Below are positions 15,971 through 24,179 of a stretch of DNA of 32,000 nt, piece after piece. The notes below the pieces were generated by a model, which did not search any database, was not told where the DNA came from, and saw nothing but the letters and a program-made list of their open reading frames with translations. The translations under genes and the position numbers were made by a program. Source of the DNA: Kineococcus radiotolerans SRS30216 = ATCC BAA-149 (lineage in GTDB: Bacteria; Actinomycetota; Actinomycetes; Actinomycetales; Kineococcaceae); contig NC_009664.2 of assembly GCF_000017305.1 (NCBI RefSeq), positions 60,001 through 92,000 on the forward strand, given 5' to 3'. How positions within the stretch are numbered: position 1 is the stretch's first letter; every line of letters begins with the position of its first letter.

Positions 15971-16852
15971 GTGGCCACCACCCTGACACCGCAGACGCAG
16001 ACGCCCGGCCGTACCGCGCCGGCGCGCAGGCCCCGCGGGGACCTGCGCAAGCACCTCCTGCTGACCGCCTTCGCCCTCCTCATGATCTACCCGCTGGCAT
16101 GGATGATCATCAGCTCGTTCAAGCCGGGCAACCTCATCCTCTCCCAGCCCGGCCTCATCCCCAGCGAGGTGACGTTCGACAACTACCGCAACGGGTGGAA
16201 CGCGCTCGGGGAGCCCTTCTCGCTCTTCTTCGTCAACTCCCTGCTGCTGACCGTCGGCTCCATCGTCGGCAACCTCGTCTCCTGCTCCCTGGCCGCCTAC
16301 GCCCTGGCGCGGCTGGAGTTCCGTGCCCGGCGTCTCTACTTCGGGATCACCCTCGCCTCCGTCATGCTGCCCATGCACGTCCTCGTCGTGCCGCAGTACA
16401 TCTTCTTCTCGCAGCTGGACATGCTGAACACCTACTTCCCGCTGCTCATCCCGAAGTTCCTGGCGACCGATGCGTTCTTCGTCTTCCTCATGGTCCAGTT
16501 CATCCGCACCATCCCCCGTGACCTGGACCAGGCCGCGGCCATCGACGGCGCCGGTCCCTTCCGGGTCTTCTGGTCGATCATCCTCCCCCTGATGAAGCCG
16601 GCCCTGGTCACGACCACCATCTTCACGTTCATCTGGACCTGGAACGACTTCTTCACCCCCCTCATCTACCTGACCTCCGTCGACGTCTACACCGTCCCGG
16701 TCGCGCTCAACACCATGGTCAACGCGGAGACCCAGAACGGCGTGGGCGCCCTGTTCGCCATGTCCCTGCTCTCCCTGGCCCCCATCCTCGTGTTCTTCGT
16801 GATCGCGCAGAAGTACCTCATCCGCGGCATCGCGACGACCGGACTGAAGTGA
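15971..16852 (+). CDS. carbohydrate ABC transporter permease (MalG-like)
   Basis: EAA loop DLDQAAAIDGAGPFRVFWSIILPLM. GAGGAG lies upstream of the GTG at 15971. Confidence 0.85.
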   Translation: MATTLTPQTQTPGRTAPARRPRGDLRKHLLLTAFALLMIYPLAWMIISSFKPGNLILSQPGLIPSEVTFDNYRNGWNALGEPFSLFFVNSLLLTVGSIVGNLVSCSLAAYALARLEFRARRLYFGITLASVMLPMHVLVVPQYIFFSQLDMLNTYFPLLIPKFLATDAFFVFLMVQFIRTIPRDLDQAAAIDGAGPFRVFWSIILPLMKPALVTTTIFTFIWTWNDFFTPLIYLTSVDVYTVPVALNTMVNAETQNGVGALFAMSLLSLAPILVFFVIAQKYLIRGIATTGLK

Positions 16853-16859
16853 GGACACC

Positions 16860-19094
16860 GTGACCACCCTCGACCCGACGCCCTCCTTCCTCCCCACCAC
16901 CTCCCCCACCCGCGAGAGCCCCAGCGGCGACGACGACTGGCCCTCCTGGGCCACGCGGTGGACCCAGCTGACGTTCACCGAGGACGACCCCCTCGACTTC
17001 GACCCGGAGTTCTGGCTCGATGTCATGCGCCGCAGCCGCTCCAACGCGACGTGCCTCTCCGCCGGGGGTTACATGGCCTTCTACCCCACCCGGATCCCCC
17101 ACCACTACCGCAGCCGCCACCTCGGGGACTCCGACCCCTTCGGCACCCTGGTGGAAGGGGCGAAGTCGATGGGCATGGCGGTCATGGCGCGCGTGGACCC
17201 CCACGCCATCCACGCCGACGCCCTCGCCGCGCACCCGGAGTGGGCGGCGCTGGACGAGGACGGCCAGCCGGTCGAGCACTGGGCCTTCCCCGGCACCTAC
17301 ATCACGTGCCCGTTCAGCACCTACAACAGCGAGTTCCTGACCGAGGTTTCCCGCGAGATCACCCGCGAGTACGACATCGACGCCGTCTTCGCCAACCGCT
17401 GGCAAGGCCACGGGATCTCCTACTCCGCCGCCGCCTCCCGCGCCTTCCGCGAGGACACCGGCCTGGACCTGCCCCACGGCGCCTACGACGCCGACGACCC
17501 GGCCTGGCGCGCCTGGCCCGGATGGCGGCGCCGGCGGCTCAGCGCCCTGGTGGGCCTGTGGGACGACGCGGTGCGGGCGGTGAAGCCCCACGTGCGGTTC
17601 ATCCCCAACCTCGGATCGGTCGCCGCCCACGACCTGGACCGCGGCCTCGTCGAGAAGCACTACCCGCTGCTGTTCATCGACAAGCAGGGCCGCTCGGGGA
17701 TCGAGGCGCCGTGGGCGGCCGGGCGCAACGGCAAACGCAGCCGCAGCGTCTTCCGGGACCGCCCCGTCGGCCTCATCACCAGCATCGGGCCCGAGCACCC
17801 CGCGCACCGGTGGAAGGACGCGGTCACCAGCGGCCCGGAGTTCGCGACGTGGATCATCGACGGCTTCGCCCAGGGCGCCTTCCCGTGGTTCACCAAGTTC
17901 AAGGCCGGTGTCCTCGACACCCGCTGGGTCCAGCCCCTCGTCGACGCCTTCACCCTGCACGCCGAGGTCGAGCCGCTGCTCTCCCGCCTGAGCATCACCG
18001 CCGACGTCGCCCTGCTGGATGCCACGAGGTCGACCGGCCTGCCCCACGGCGGGGAGAACCTCGACGGGCAAGGCGCCTACCAGGCCCTGGTGGAGGCGGG
18101 GATCCCCTTCGAGTTCGTCTGCGACGGACTCATCACCGCCGAGCAACTGGACCGGTTCCGTGTGCTCGTCGCCCCCGACGTGCAGCGCCTCAGCGATGAG
18201 GAGTGCCGCACGATCACCGAGTGGGTGGGACGCGGCGGCTGCCTCGTGGCCGCTCACCAGACGTCGATGCTCCATCCCGACGGCACGCCGCGGGCGGACT
18301 TCGGACTCGGCGAGGTCCTGGGTGTGCACCTGACGCGCCCGGCTCGACAGGGAGTCCGCAACAACTACGCCGCCCTCACCGGCCGGCACGCGCTGCACAC
18401 CGGCTTCACCGGGACGACCCGCATCATCGGCGGGACGGCCATCGTCGGGGTCTCCGCCGTCGAGGACGCCGTGGTGCCGTTCCGCTTCGTTCCCGACTAC
18501 CCCGACCTGCCCATGGAGGAGGTCTACGCCCGCGAAGCCCCCCGCGACCCCGCGGTGGTCCTGCGTGAGCACCCCGGCGGCGGGCGCACCGCCTACGTCG
18601 CCTTCAACCTCGGCGAGGTGTTCTGGGAGGCGCTGCAACCCGACCACGGTCACCTGCTGGCCGAGACGGTGCGCTGGGCCCTGGGGAGCCACGACACCGT
18701 GCGCGTCGATGCTCCCGGCATCGTCGACGTCGCCGTCCACAGCGGTCCCGGCGAGGTCGCGGTGTGCCTGGTCAACCTCACCAACCCGATGACGATGCGC
18801 GGCGCGATCCGCCGGGTCCTGCCCACCGGCCCCGTCAGCGTCTCCCTCCCCCTGCCCGCCAGTGCCCGGCTCGTCTCGGCCGGGCTGGTGGTGCGCGGTG
18901 AGGAGGTCGCGGTCAGCGTCAGCGCCGGCCAGGTCGAGGTCGTCGTGCCCTCCATCGAGCAGCTGGAGGTCCTGCACCTGCGCTTCGCAGACGCCGGGCA
19001 CGACCAGGAGTCCTCCCACCGACGTGACGACCGGCAGGCTCAGCACCACGCGCCACCGCCCGGCTCCGACCGGAGGGGGGCGGACGCACCGTGA
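16860..19094 (+). CDS. cytoplasmic protein with GH42-like architecture (GHL6-type TIM barrel plus trimerisation/GATase1-like domain), paralogue B
   Basis: 744 aa with no signal peptide. SAGGYMAFYPTR, GMAVMARVD, AHPEW, TCPFS, DAVFANRWQG, then RFRVLVAPDVQRLSDEECRTITEWVGRGGCLVAAH. This is clearly homologous to 9719-11767. GAGGA lies upstream of the GTG, and the stop overlaps the next start. Confidence 0.7.
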   Translation: MTTLDPTPSFLPTTSPTRESPSGDDDWPSWATRWTQLTFTEDDPLDFDPEFWLDVMRRSRSNATCLSAGGYMAFYPTRIPHHYRSRHLGDSDPFGTLVEGAKSMGMAVMARVDPHAIHADALAAHPEWAALDEDGQPVEHWAFPGTYITCPFSTYNSEFLTEVSREITREYDIDAVFANRWQGHGISYSAAASRAFREDTGLDLPHGAYDADDPAWRAWPGWRRRRLSALVGLWDDAVRAVKPHVRFIPNLGSVAAHDLDRGLVEKHYPLLFIDKQGRSGIEAPWAAGRNGKRSRSVFRDRPVGLITSIGPEHPAHRWKDAVTSGPEFATWIIDGFAQGAFPWFTKFKAGVLDTRWVQPLVDAFTLHAEVEPLLSRLSITADVALLDATRSTGLPHGGENLDGQGAYQALVEAGIPFEFVCDGLITAEQLDRFRVLVAPDVQRLSDEECRTITEWVGRGGCLVAAHQTSMLHPDGTPRADFGLGEVLGVHLTRPARQGVRNNYAALTGRHALHTGFTGTTRIIGGTAIVGVSAVEDAVVPFRFVPDYPDLPMEEVYAREAPRDPAVVLREHPGGGRTAYVAFNLGEVFWEALQPDHGHLLAETVRWALGSHDTVRVDAPGIVDVAVHSGPGEVAVCLVNLTNPMTMRGAIRRVLPTGPVSVSLPLPASARLVSAGLVVRGEEVAVSVSAGQVEVVVPSIEQLEVLHLRFADAGHDQESSHRRDDRQAQHHAPPPGSDRRGADAP

Positions 19095-19912
19095 AGTTCA
19101 GCGCCAACCTGTCCATGCTGTACCAGGAGCTCCCGTTCCTCGAGCGCATCCCGGCCGCGGCCGCCGACGGCTTCACCGGCGTGGAGTTCCTCGGCGCCTA
19201 CGACCAGGACGTGCTCGAGGTGCGGGCCGCGCTCGAGGCGGCGGGGCTGCGGCAGGTCCTGTTCAACGTGCCGTCCGGGGACTGGGCCGGCGGTGAACGG
19301 GGCATCGCGTGCCTACCCGAACGGGTGGAGGAGTTCGAGGAGGGAGTCGCCCGTGCCCTCGAGCACGCCCGCACGCTGGGCTGCTCCCTGGTCAACGTCC
19401 TCGCCGGGCGCGTCCCCGAGGGCCTTGAGCTCGACACGGCGTTGGAGACCTTGGCTGAGAACGTGCGCTTCGCCGCCCACGCGCTGGCGCCGGCGGGAGT
19501 GACCGTGCTCCTCGAAGCCGTCAACACCCGCGATGTCCCCGGCTTCGCCCTCCCCACGATCGCCGACGCCGCTGCTCTGCTCTCCCGGGTGCAGGCCCCC
19601 AACACCGGCCTGCAGTTCGACGTCTACCACGCTCAGGTCATGCGGGGGGACCTGCTGGCGACGTTCGAGCGGTTCCGGACCGCGATCCAGCACGTGCAGA
19701 TCGCGGACAACCCCGGGCGGCACGAACCGGGCACCGGAGAGGTGAACTACTCCTTCCTCCTCCCCGCCCTCCGAGCCGCCGGGTACGGCGGCTACATCGG
19801 CGCGGAGTACGTCCCGACCACCGCAGGCACCGGCTGGCTGCGGGAGTTCGCGCCGGTTCCCGAGCCGGCCTGGGGAGCGACTCGGGGATCGGCCTGGGAA
19901 GCGGCACGGTGA
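19091..19912 (+). CDS. hyi: hydroxypyruvate isomerase family protein (Hyi / OtnI-like, xylose-isomerase-like TIM barrel)
   Basis: MKFSANLSMLYQELPFLERI...GDWAGGERGIACLP...IADNPGRHEPGTGEVNY aligns along its whole length with E. coli Hyi (MLRFSANLSMLF...GDWAAGERGIACIP...IADNPHRGEPGTGEINY, from memory). Confidence 0.85.
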   Translation: MKFSANLSMLYQELPFLERIPAAAADGFTGVEFLGAYDQDVLEVRAALEAAGLRQVLFNVPSGDWAGGERGIACLPERVEEFEEGVARALEHARTLGCSLVNVLAGRVPEGLELDTALETLAENVRFAAHALAPAGVTVLLEAVNTRDVPGFALPTIADAAALLSRVQAPNTGLQFDVYHAQVMRGDLLATFERFRTAIQHVQIADNPGRHEPGTGEVNYSFLLPALRAAGYGGYIGAEYVPTTAGTGWLREFAPVPEPAWGATRGSAWEAAR

Positions 19913-20847
19913 GCGGACCCAGCGTCCTGGTCACGGGCCCGGTGTCAGCGGCCGAACGCTCGCAGCTGACCGCGGCCGCCCCGGGACTGCGGCTGACGTT
20001 CCAGGACCGACCGGGCAGCGACCCGGCGGCGCTGGCCGCCACCGACGGACTGGTCGGCTCCCCCACCCTCGAAGACCTGAGCAGCGCACCACGCTTGCGG
20101 TGGGTGCACAGCTGGGCCGCCGGCGTCGACGGCGTCCTGGTCGGGGGGCGGCTACCGCAGCCCTTCGCCTCGGGTCAGGTGCTGCTGACCTCGGCCAAGG
20201 GCAACGGCGCCGTAGCGCTGGCCGAGCACGTGATGCTCCTCCTGCTGGTGCTCTCACGGGACTTCCCCCGCTGGCAGCGAGCGCAGTCGCTGCGCCGGTG
20301 GGACCGCTACGAGCACGGGGAGCTGTTCGGCTCCCGAGTCGGGATCATCGGGGCGGGGCGCGCAGGCCGGGAGGTCGAGCTGCGGGCCCGGGCGTTCGGC
20401 ATGACCGTCGTCGGGCTGCGGCGGCACCACGCGCGCGCTGAGCTCGAGGACCTGCTCGCCACCAGCGATGCGCTGGTGGTGACCGCTCCCGCGACGGCGG
20501 AGACCGTCGGGATGCTGGGGGAAGCGGAGTTCGCCCGCTGCGCGCGCCGCCCGTACTACGTGTGCGTCTCCCGAGGTGGTGTCGCCGACGACGACGCCCT
20601 CCTGCGAGCGCTGCGCAGCGGGCAGCTGGCCGGGGCGGGACTCGACGCGCACGCGGTGGAGCCCCTACCGCCGGACTCACCGTTCTGGGCGGAACCGAAC
20701 GTGGTGATCACCCCGCACAACGCGGCGACCACCGCCGCGACCCGGCGCCGGGGGCTGGAGATCCTGGAGCACAACCTCGCGGCGTTCGCGGCGGGTGGTC
20801 CGCCAGGGGACTTCCGGGGGGTTGTCGACGTGGACGGCGGTTACTGA
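19909..20847 (+). CDS. D-isomer-specific 2-hydroxyacid dehydrogenase family (glyoxylate/hydroxypyruvate reductase-like)
   Basis: GIIGAGRAGREV NAD-binding motif, VSRGG, DAHAVEPLP and ITPHNA (Arg/Glu/His catalytic pattern). The start overlaps the hyi-like stop. Confidence 0.8.
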   Translation: MSGPSVLVTGPVSAAERSQLTAAAPGLRLTFQDRPGSDPAALAATDGLVGSPTLEDLSSAPRLRWVHSWAAGVDGVLVGGRLPQPFASGQVLLTSAKGNGAVALAEHVMLLLLVLSRDFPRWQRAQSLRRWDRYEHGELFGSRVGIIGAGRAGREVELRARAFGMTVVGLRRHHARAELEDLLATSDALVVTAPATAETVGMLGEAEFARCARRPYYVCVSRGGVADDDALLRALRSGQLAGAGLDAHAVEPLPPDSPFWAEPNVVITPHNAATTAATRRRGLEILEHNLAAFAAGGPPGDFRGVVDVDGGY

Positions 20848-20936
20848 TCGTCCAGTGGTGGCGCTGACTCGGGTGCCGGGGTGCGGCGAAGCGCTGTGGG
20901 GGGAGCGCCGTGGAAGCGCCGGCGTCGAGGAGGCGG

Positions 20937-20963
20937 ACGGGGCAGACGGGGCAGACGGGGCGC
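20937..20963. repeat. short 9-bp tandem repeat
   Basis: ACGGGGCAG ACGGGGCAG ACGGGGCGC (two perfect copies plus one imperfect), inside an otherwise unassigned 440-bp gap. Confidence 0.6.
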
Positions 20964-21289
20964 GACGTCGGCCACCGCGCGGGCGGAGGCTCGTCCCTGG
21001 GCGACGTTCGGCAGCGGCACGGTGGGACGGACCGGGTGGGCCTACCCGGGTGGTCGCGGGGTCCGAGCGCGGGTGACCCGCCCGAGACCGTCCTCGGCTG
21101 CGGCGTCCTCGGCGGCGGTGAGCACCGTGGCAGCTCGTCGATGGTCGCGTCAGGCAGTACCCGCGGGCCGAGTGGGTGTGTCCTGCGCGACCGCCGGCTC
21201 AGCGGTGCGGCGCTCGCCACGCAGCACGCAGCCGGGTGCTGCCACCCCCACCGCACTGCCCGGGGAGGAGCAGGTGAGTGCGACCGACG

Positions 21290-22072
21290 TCATCCCTGCA
21301 CGGGGTCCTTGCAGGCGATGACGATGAACTCCCGTCCCGGACGGTCCGGCGCCTCACGGACATCCACGACCACGAGACCCGCCCGGCGCACGTCGTCCTC
21401 GACCTCGGCCTGCTCCCGGAAGCGCAGCGTCGAGGTGGACGTCAGCGTCAGCGCCTCACCCCGACCTCCCCCGTCCCGGCCGTCGGGGAGGACGTAGGTC
21501 CAGCGGAACGTCACCAACGGGCCCTCGACGCTCAGCGTCTCCACCCAGCTCTCCACCCGCCCGACACCCTCGACCTGCGTCGTGCGGCGGGTCCGCTGCG
21601 GTGTCCAGGCCTCCCACGCCCGAGCGGCCGGGCGGCGGGTCTCGAAGACCAGGTGCCCACCGGGGACCAGGGCGTCACGGCACGCGGTCAACGTCGCTCT
21701 CCACGCTGGTGGGTCCACGATCAGCTGGGCGGTGTTCGCGGTCATCGTCACCAGGTCCCGATCGTGCACCTGCCCCCGCGCTTGCACCGCGGTGGCGTCC
21801 CCGACCACCCACCGCACCCGTTCCGCCCCCGGCTTGGCCCGGGCCACCTCCACCGACGCCTCGGCCGGGTCGACGCCGATGACGTCGCAGCCGCGATCCG
21901 CGAGCAGGAGGGCGAAGGTGCCGGTGCCGCAGCCGACGTCGAGGACCCGTCGGGCGTGCAGGGTCCCGGCCAGCGCGAGGTAGGTGTCCAGGTCGCTGCG
22001 GTCGCCGTCGAGGGCGTCGTAGAGGCCGGCCAGCCGGGGGTCGCGGAACTCCTCATCGGTCACCGGCAGCAT
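21290..22072 (-). CDS. class I SAM-dependent methyltransferase
   Basis: VLDVGCGTGTFALLLADRGCDVIGVDPAEASVEVAR is the SAM-binding motif I/II. 260 aa. Confidence 0.8.
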   Translation of the reverse strand: MLPVTDEEFRDPRLAGLYDALDGDRSDLDTYLALAGTLHARRVLDVGCGTGTFALLLADRGCDVIGVDPAEASVEVARAKPGAERVRWVVGDATAVQARGQVHDRDLVTMTANTAQLIVDPPAWRATLTACRDALVPGGHLVFETRRPAARAWEAWTPQRTRRTTQVEGVGRVESWVETLSVEGPLVTFRWTYVLPDGRDGGGRGEALTLTSTSTLRFREQAEVEDDVRRAGLVVVDVREAPDRPGREFIVIACKDPVQG

Positions 22073-22129
22073 CCGACCACGACGCCCCCTCGTCGGCTAC
22101 GGCCTTCGACCGTGCGGGAACCGACCACG

Positions 22130-22167
22130 CGGTCATCCCGCGCTGCGCAACTCCACGGTCATCCCGC
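22130..22167. repeat. two direct copies of the 12-mer CGGTCATCCCGC, 26 bp apart
   Basis: Exact copies at 22130-22141 and 22156-22167, in the 450-bp divergent intergenic region between the methyltransferase and VOC genes. Confidence 0.7.
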
Positions 22168-22437
22168 TGAACGCGCGGCTCGACGGCTACCCCGTGGGGG
22201 CTCTGCGGGAGCCAGCACCCTGAGCCGACCTGACACAGTACGGTGCGTTCACGGAGCGGACACAGGTGAGCATCGGTGGGGTCGTGCTCCTCGAACCGGG
22301 CTGCCCCGAGGGGGACGTGGATGTCACCTCCCCGTCCGGCCAGACCGTCACCACCATCGGCCCCGTGCGCCCCGACGAGACGGTCGCCGTCCACGACGGG
22401 CAGGTCGACCTGCACGCCCTGACGCCTTCGCGCCGCT

Positions 22438-22449
22438 CGGTCATCCCGC
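22438..22449. repeat. third exact copy of CGGTCATCCCGC
   Basis: The same 12-mer in the same orientation, 75 bp upstream of the VOC gene ATG at 22524. Confidence 0.7.
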
Positions 22450-22523
22450 CCACGGGCGCAGGAACAGCGACCGGACCGAGCCGGGACCCGATGACTTCTC
22501 CGTCGTCCCGGGGTCCACCCACC

Positions 22524-22913
22524 ATGACGATGACGACGACCGTGATCAGCGTGGCGCTGCCGGTGGCGGACCAGGACGCCGCCCTGGCCTTCTACACCGG
22601 TGTGCTGGGGTGCGAACTGCGCCACGACGTGGAGGTGTGGCCCGGGGTGCGCATGGTGGAGGTGGTACCGCCGGGCTCCCGGGTGGGCCTGGTCCTGCTG
22701 CCGCCGGACAGCCCGCTGCCGATGGCGGTGCGGTTGGGCACCTCCGACGCCGACGCCGCGTACGAACGGCTGGCAGGCACCGAGGGCGTCGTGCTGCACA
22801 ACGAGGAGGTGCTGCGCTGGGACGACGTCCCCCCGATGTTCCACTTCAGCGACCCCGACGGCAATCACCTGGTGTACCTGGAGGAGCCGACCACGCCCGA
22901 CGACGACGGCTGA
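22524..22913 (+). CDS. VOC (glyoxalase/bleomycin-resistance/dioxygenase) family protein
   Basis: MTMTTTVISVALPVADQDAALAFYTGVLGCEL....FHFSDPDGNHLVYLEE is a typical single VOC module (~129 aa). The longer ORF-track start at 22266 adds a low-GC3 extension. Confidence 0.75.
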   Translation: MTMTTTVISVALPVADQDAALAFYTGVLGCELRHDVEVWPGVRMVEVVPPGSRVGLVLLPPDSPLPMAVRLGTSDADAAYERLAGTEGVVLHNEEVLRWDDVPPMFHFSDPDGNHLVYLEEPTTPDDDG

Positions 22914-23201
22914 CGACGTCACGCAGTCCTGCCGCGGAGATCGCACGGGTGTGTCGATGCCCGGGCGCAGGGTGGAGGCAGGAGTTGCCGCTCCGAGCAG
23001 GTGCCCATGATCCCTGGACCACCCGCACGGCACCCTCCCCGTTGTGCGAGGCCTGCATCCCCAGCGGCGGGGTGCAGCCATCTCGGGAACGGTTCACGCC
23101 GCTGCCTGAGGGTCTCTCGCGATCGGTGCGACGACAGTGTCGGACGGCGACAACTGCTGGGGCGTCACCGGGTGGCGGGTGCGTCGACTGGTCGTGTGAC
23201 G

Positions 23202-24113
23202 TCAGTGGTTCGACGCGTCCTCGAGCAGGGCCTCCGTCGTGGCGCGGACACGCTCGCGCAACCACGCGTGAGCCGCGTCGGACTCGGAGCGCTGGTGCCA
23301 GACGCTGATCACCTGCGGGGCCGGCAGTTCCAGGGGAACCGGTTCGTTGATGAGTTCGAACGCCTCGGTCACTGCCTCGACCACCCGGCCCGGTGCGGCC
23401 AGCGCGGCGTCGGTGCCGGCGACGATCTGCGCGGCGGCGGCGATGGTCCCGACGCTGGCCACCACGAGGCGGTGCCTGCCGTGATCACCCAGCGCGTCGT
23501 CGACCGGGTCGCGCAGGCGCCCGCGCCGGGACACGACGACGTGCGGCAGCGCTGCGTAGGTCGCCAGGTCCAGCCGCGCCGTGGCGGGGTGCCCGCGTCG
23601 CAGCACCACCACCAGCGGGTCGGAGCCGAGGAGTTCGTGGCGCAGTTCGGGGACGGTGGGCACCTTCGAGCCGAGTTCGAGGTCCACCGCCGCGTGCCGC
23701 AGCTCCTCGGTGTCGTGGGTGGTCTCGGCCAGGAAGCGCAGCCGCACCCCTGGTGCCGTTGCGAGCACGTCGCGCAGGAGAGCGGGGGCGAGCGCCGCGG
23801 TCAGGGCGTCGTGGGCGCGGAGGGTGAAGACACGATCCAGCGTCGCGAGGTCGAGCGAACTGCTCGGGACGAGCAGCTGCTCCGCCTGACGCAGGAGTTC
23901 ACCGATCCGGTCCTGGACCGCGAGGGCGTAGGTGGTCCGGGTCATCGTCCGACCGGTGCGCACGAGGATCTCGTCCCCGGTGAGCCGTCGAATCCGACCG
24001 AGGCTGCGGCTGACCGCCGGGGACGACAGCCGCAACCGCGCGGCCGCCCCGGCCACGCTGCCCTCCTCGACCAGAGCTTCCAGCACCGTCAGCAGGTTCA
24101 AGTCCAAGTGCAT
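23202..24113 (-). CDS. LysR-family transcriptional regulator
   Basis: MHLDLNLLTVLEALVEEGSVAGAAARLRLSSPAVSRSLGRIRRLTGDEILVRTGRTM is the LysR HTH, followed by a ~200-aa substrate-binding domain. It is divergent from the gene at 24180. Confidence 0.85.
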   Translation of the reverse strand: MHLDLNLLTVLEALVEEGSVAGAAARLRLSSPAVSRSLGRIRRLTGDEILVRTGRTMTRTTYALAVQDRIGELLRQAEQLLVPSSSLDLATLDRVFTLRAHDALTAALAPALLRDVLATAPGVRLRFLAETTHDTEELRHAAVDLELGSKVPTVPELRHELLGSDPLVVVLRRGHPATARLDLATYAALPHVVVSRRGRLRDPVDDALGDHGRHRLVVASVGTIAAAAQIVAGTDAALAAPGRVVEAVTEAFELINEPVPLELPAPQVISVWHQRSESDAAHAWLRERVRATTEALLEDASNH

Positions 24114-24179
24114 TTGGGTAAACCTACCGGTAACGACGTTGCACTGGACTCAACGCAGGGTGCGCGTCACGGTGGAGCC

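Noticed and set aside
16818-19049. 743-aa minus-strand ORF spanning almost the whole GH42-like gene B
   Set aside because: This is a classic high-GC shadow ORF. It is antisense to a gene with clear family motifs, and its translation is Gly/Arg/Asp/Val low-complexity with no recognisable domain.
20928-20966. Possible CRISPR or other repeat array (9-mer tandem; also the 12-mers at 22130-22449)
   Set aside because: The repeat units are far too short, there is no regular repeat-spacer periodicity and there are no cas genes. They were reported only as simple or direct repeats.
20708-21497. ORFs 20708-21256 (-), 20881-21321 (+) and 20910-21497 (+) in the spacer after the 2-hydroxyacid dehydrogenase
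   Set aside because: They have P/R/C/W-rich or G/R-rich composition and no motifs. The apparent GC3 bias is shared by mutually exclusive frames and continues into the antisense of the methyltransferase, so none was called coding.
21278-24179. Very long plus-strand ORFs (21278-23308, 676 aa; the N-terminal 393 codons of 23001-24962) and the minus ORF 22053-23081
   Set aside because: They run antisense to or out of frame with the methyltransferase, VOC and LysR genes. They are Arg/Pro/Gly-rich with no motifs. Only the 3' part from the ATG at 24180 (IMPase-fold protein) looks real.
24114-24179. LysR-type box in the 66-bp LysR/IMPase-fold spacer: CGTTG-N9-CAACG at 24137-24155, the TACCGGTA palindrome at 24125-24132, and a possible TAGGTT -10 for a leaderless lysR
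   Set aside because: The arms are only 5 bp, and the spacer is too short to place both promoters confidently. This is plausible but not supportable without data.
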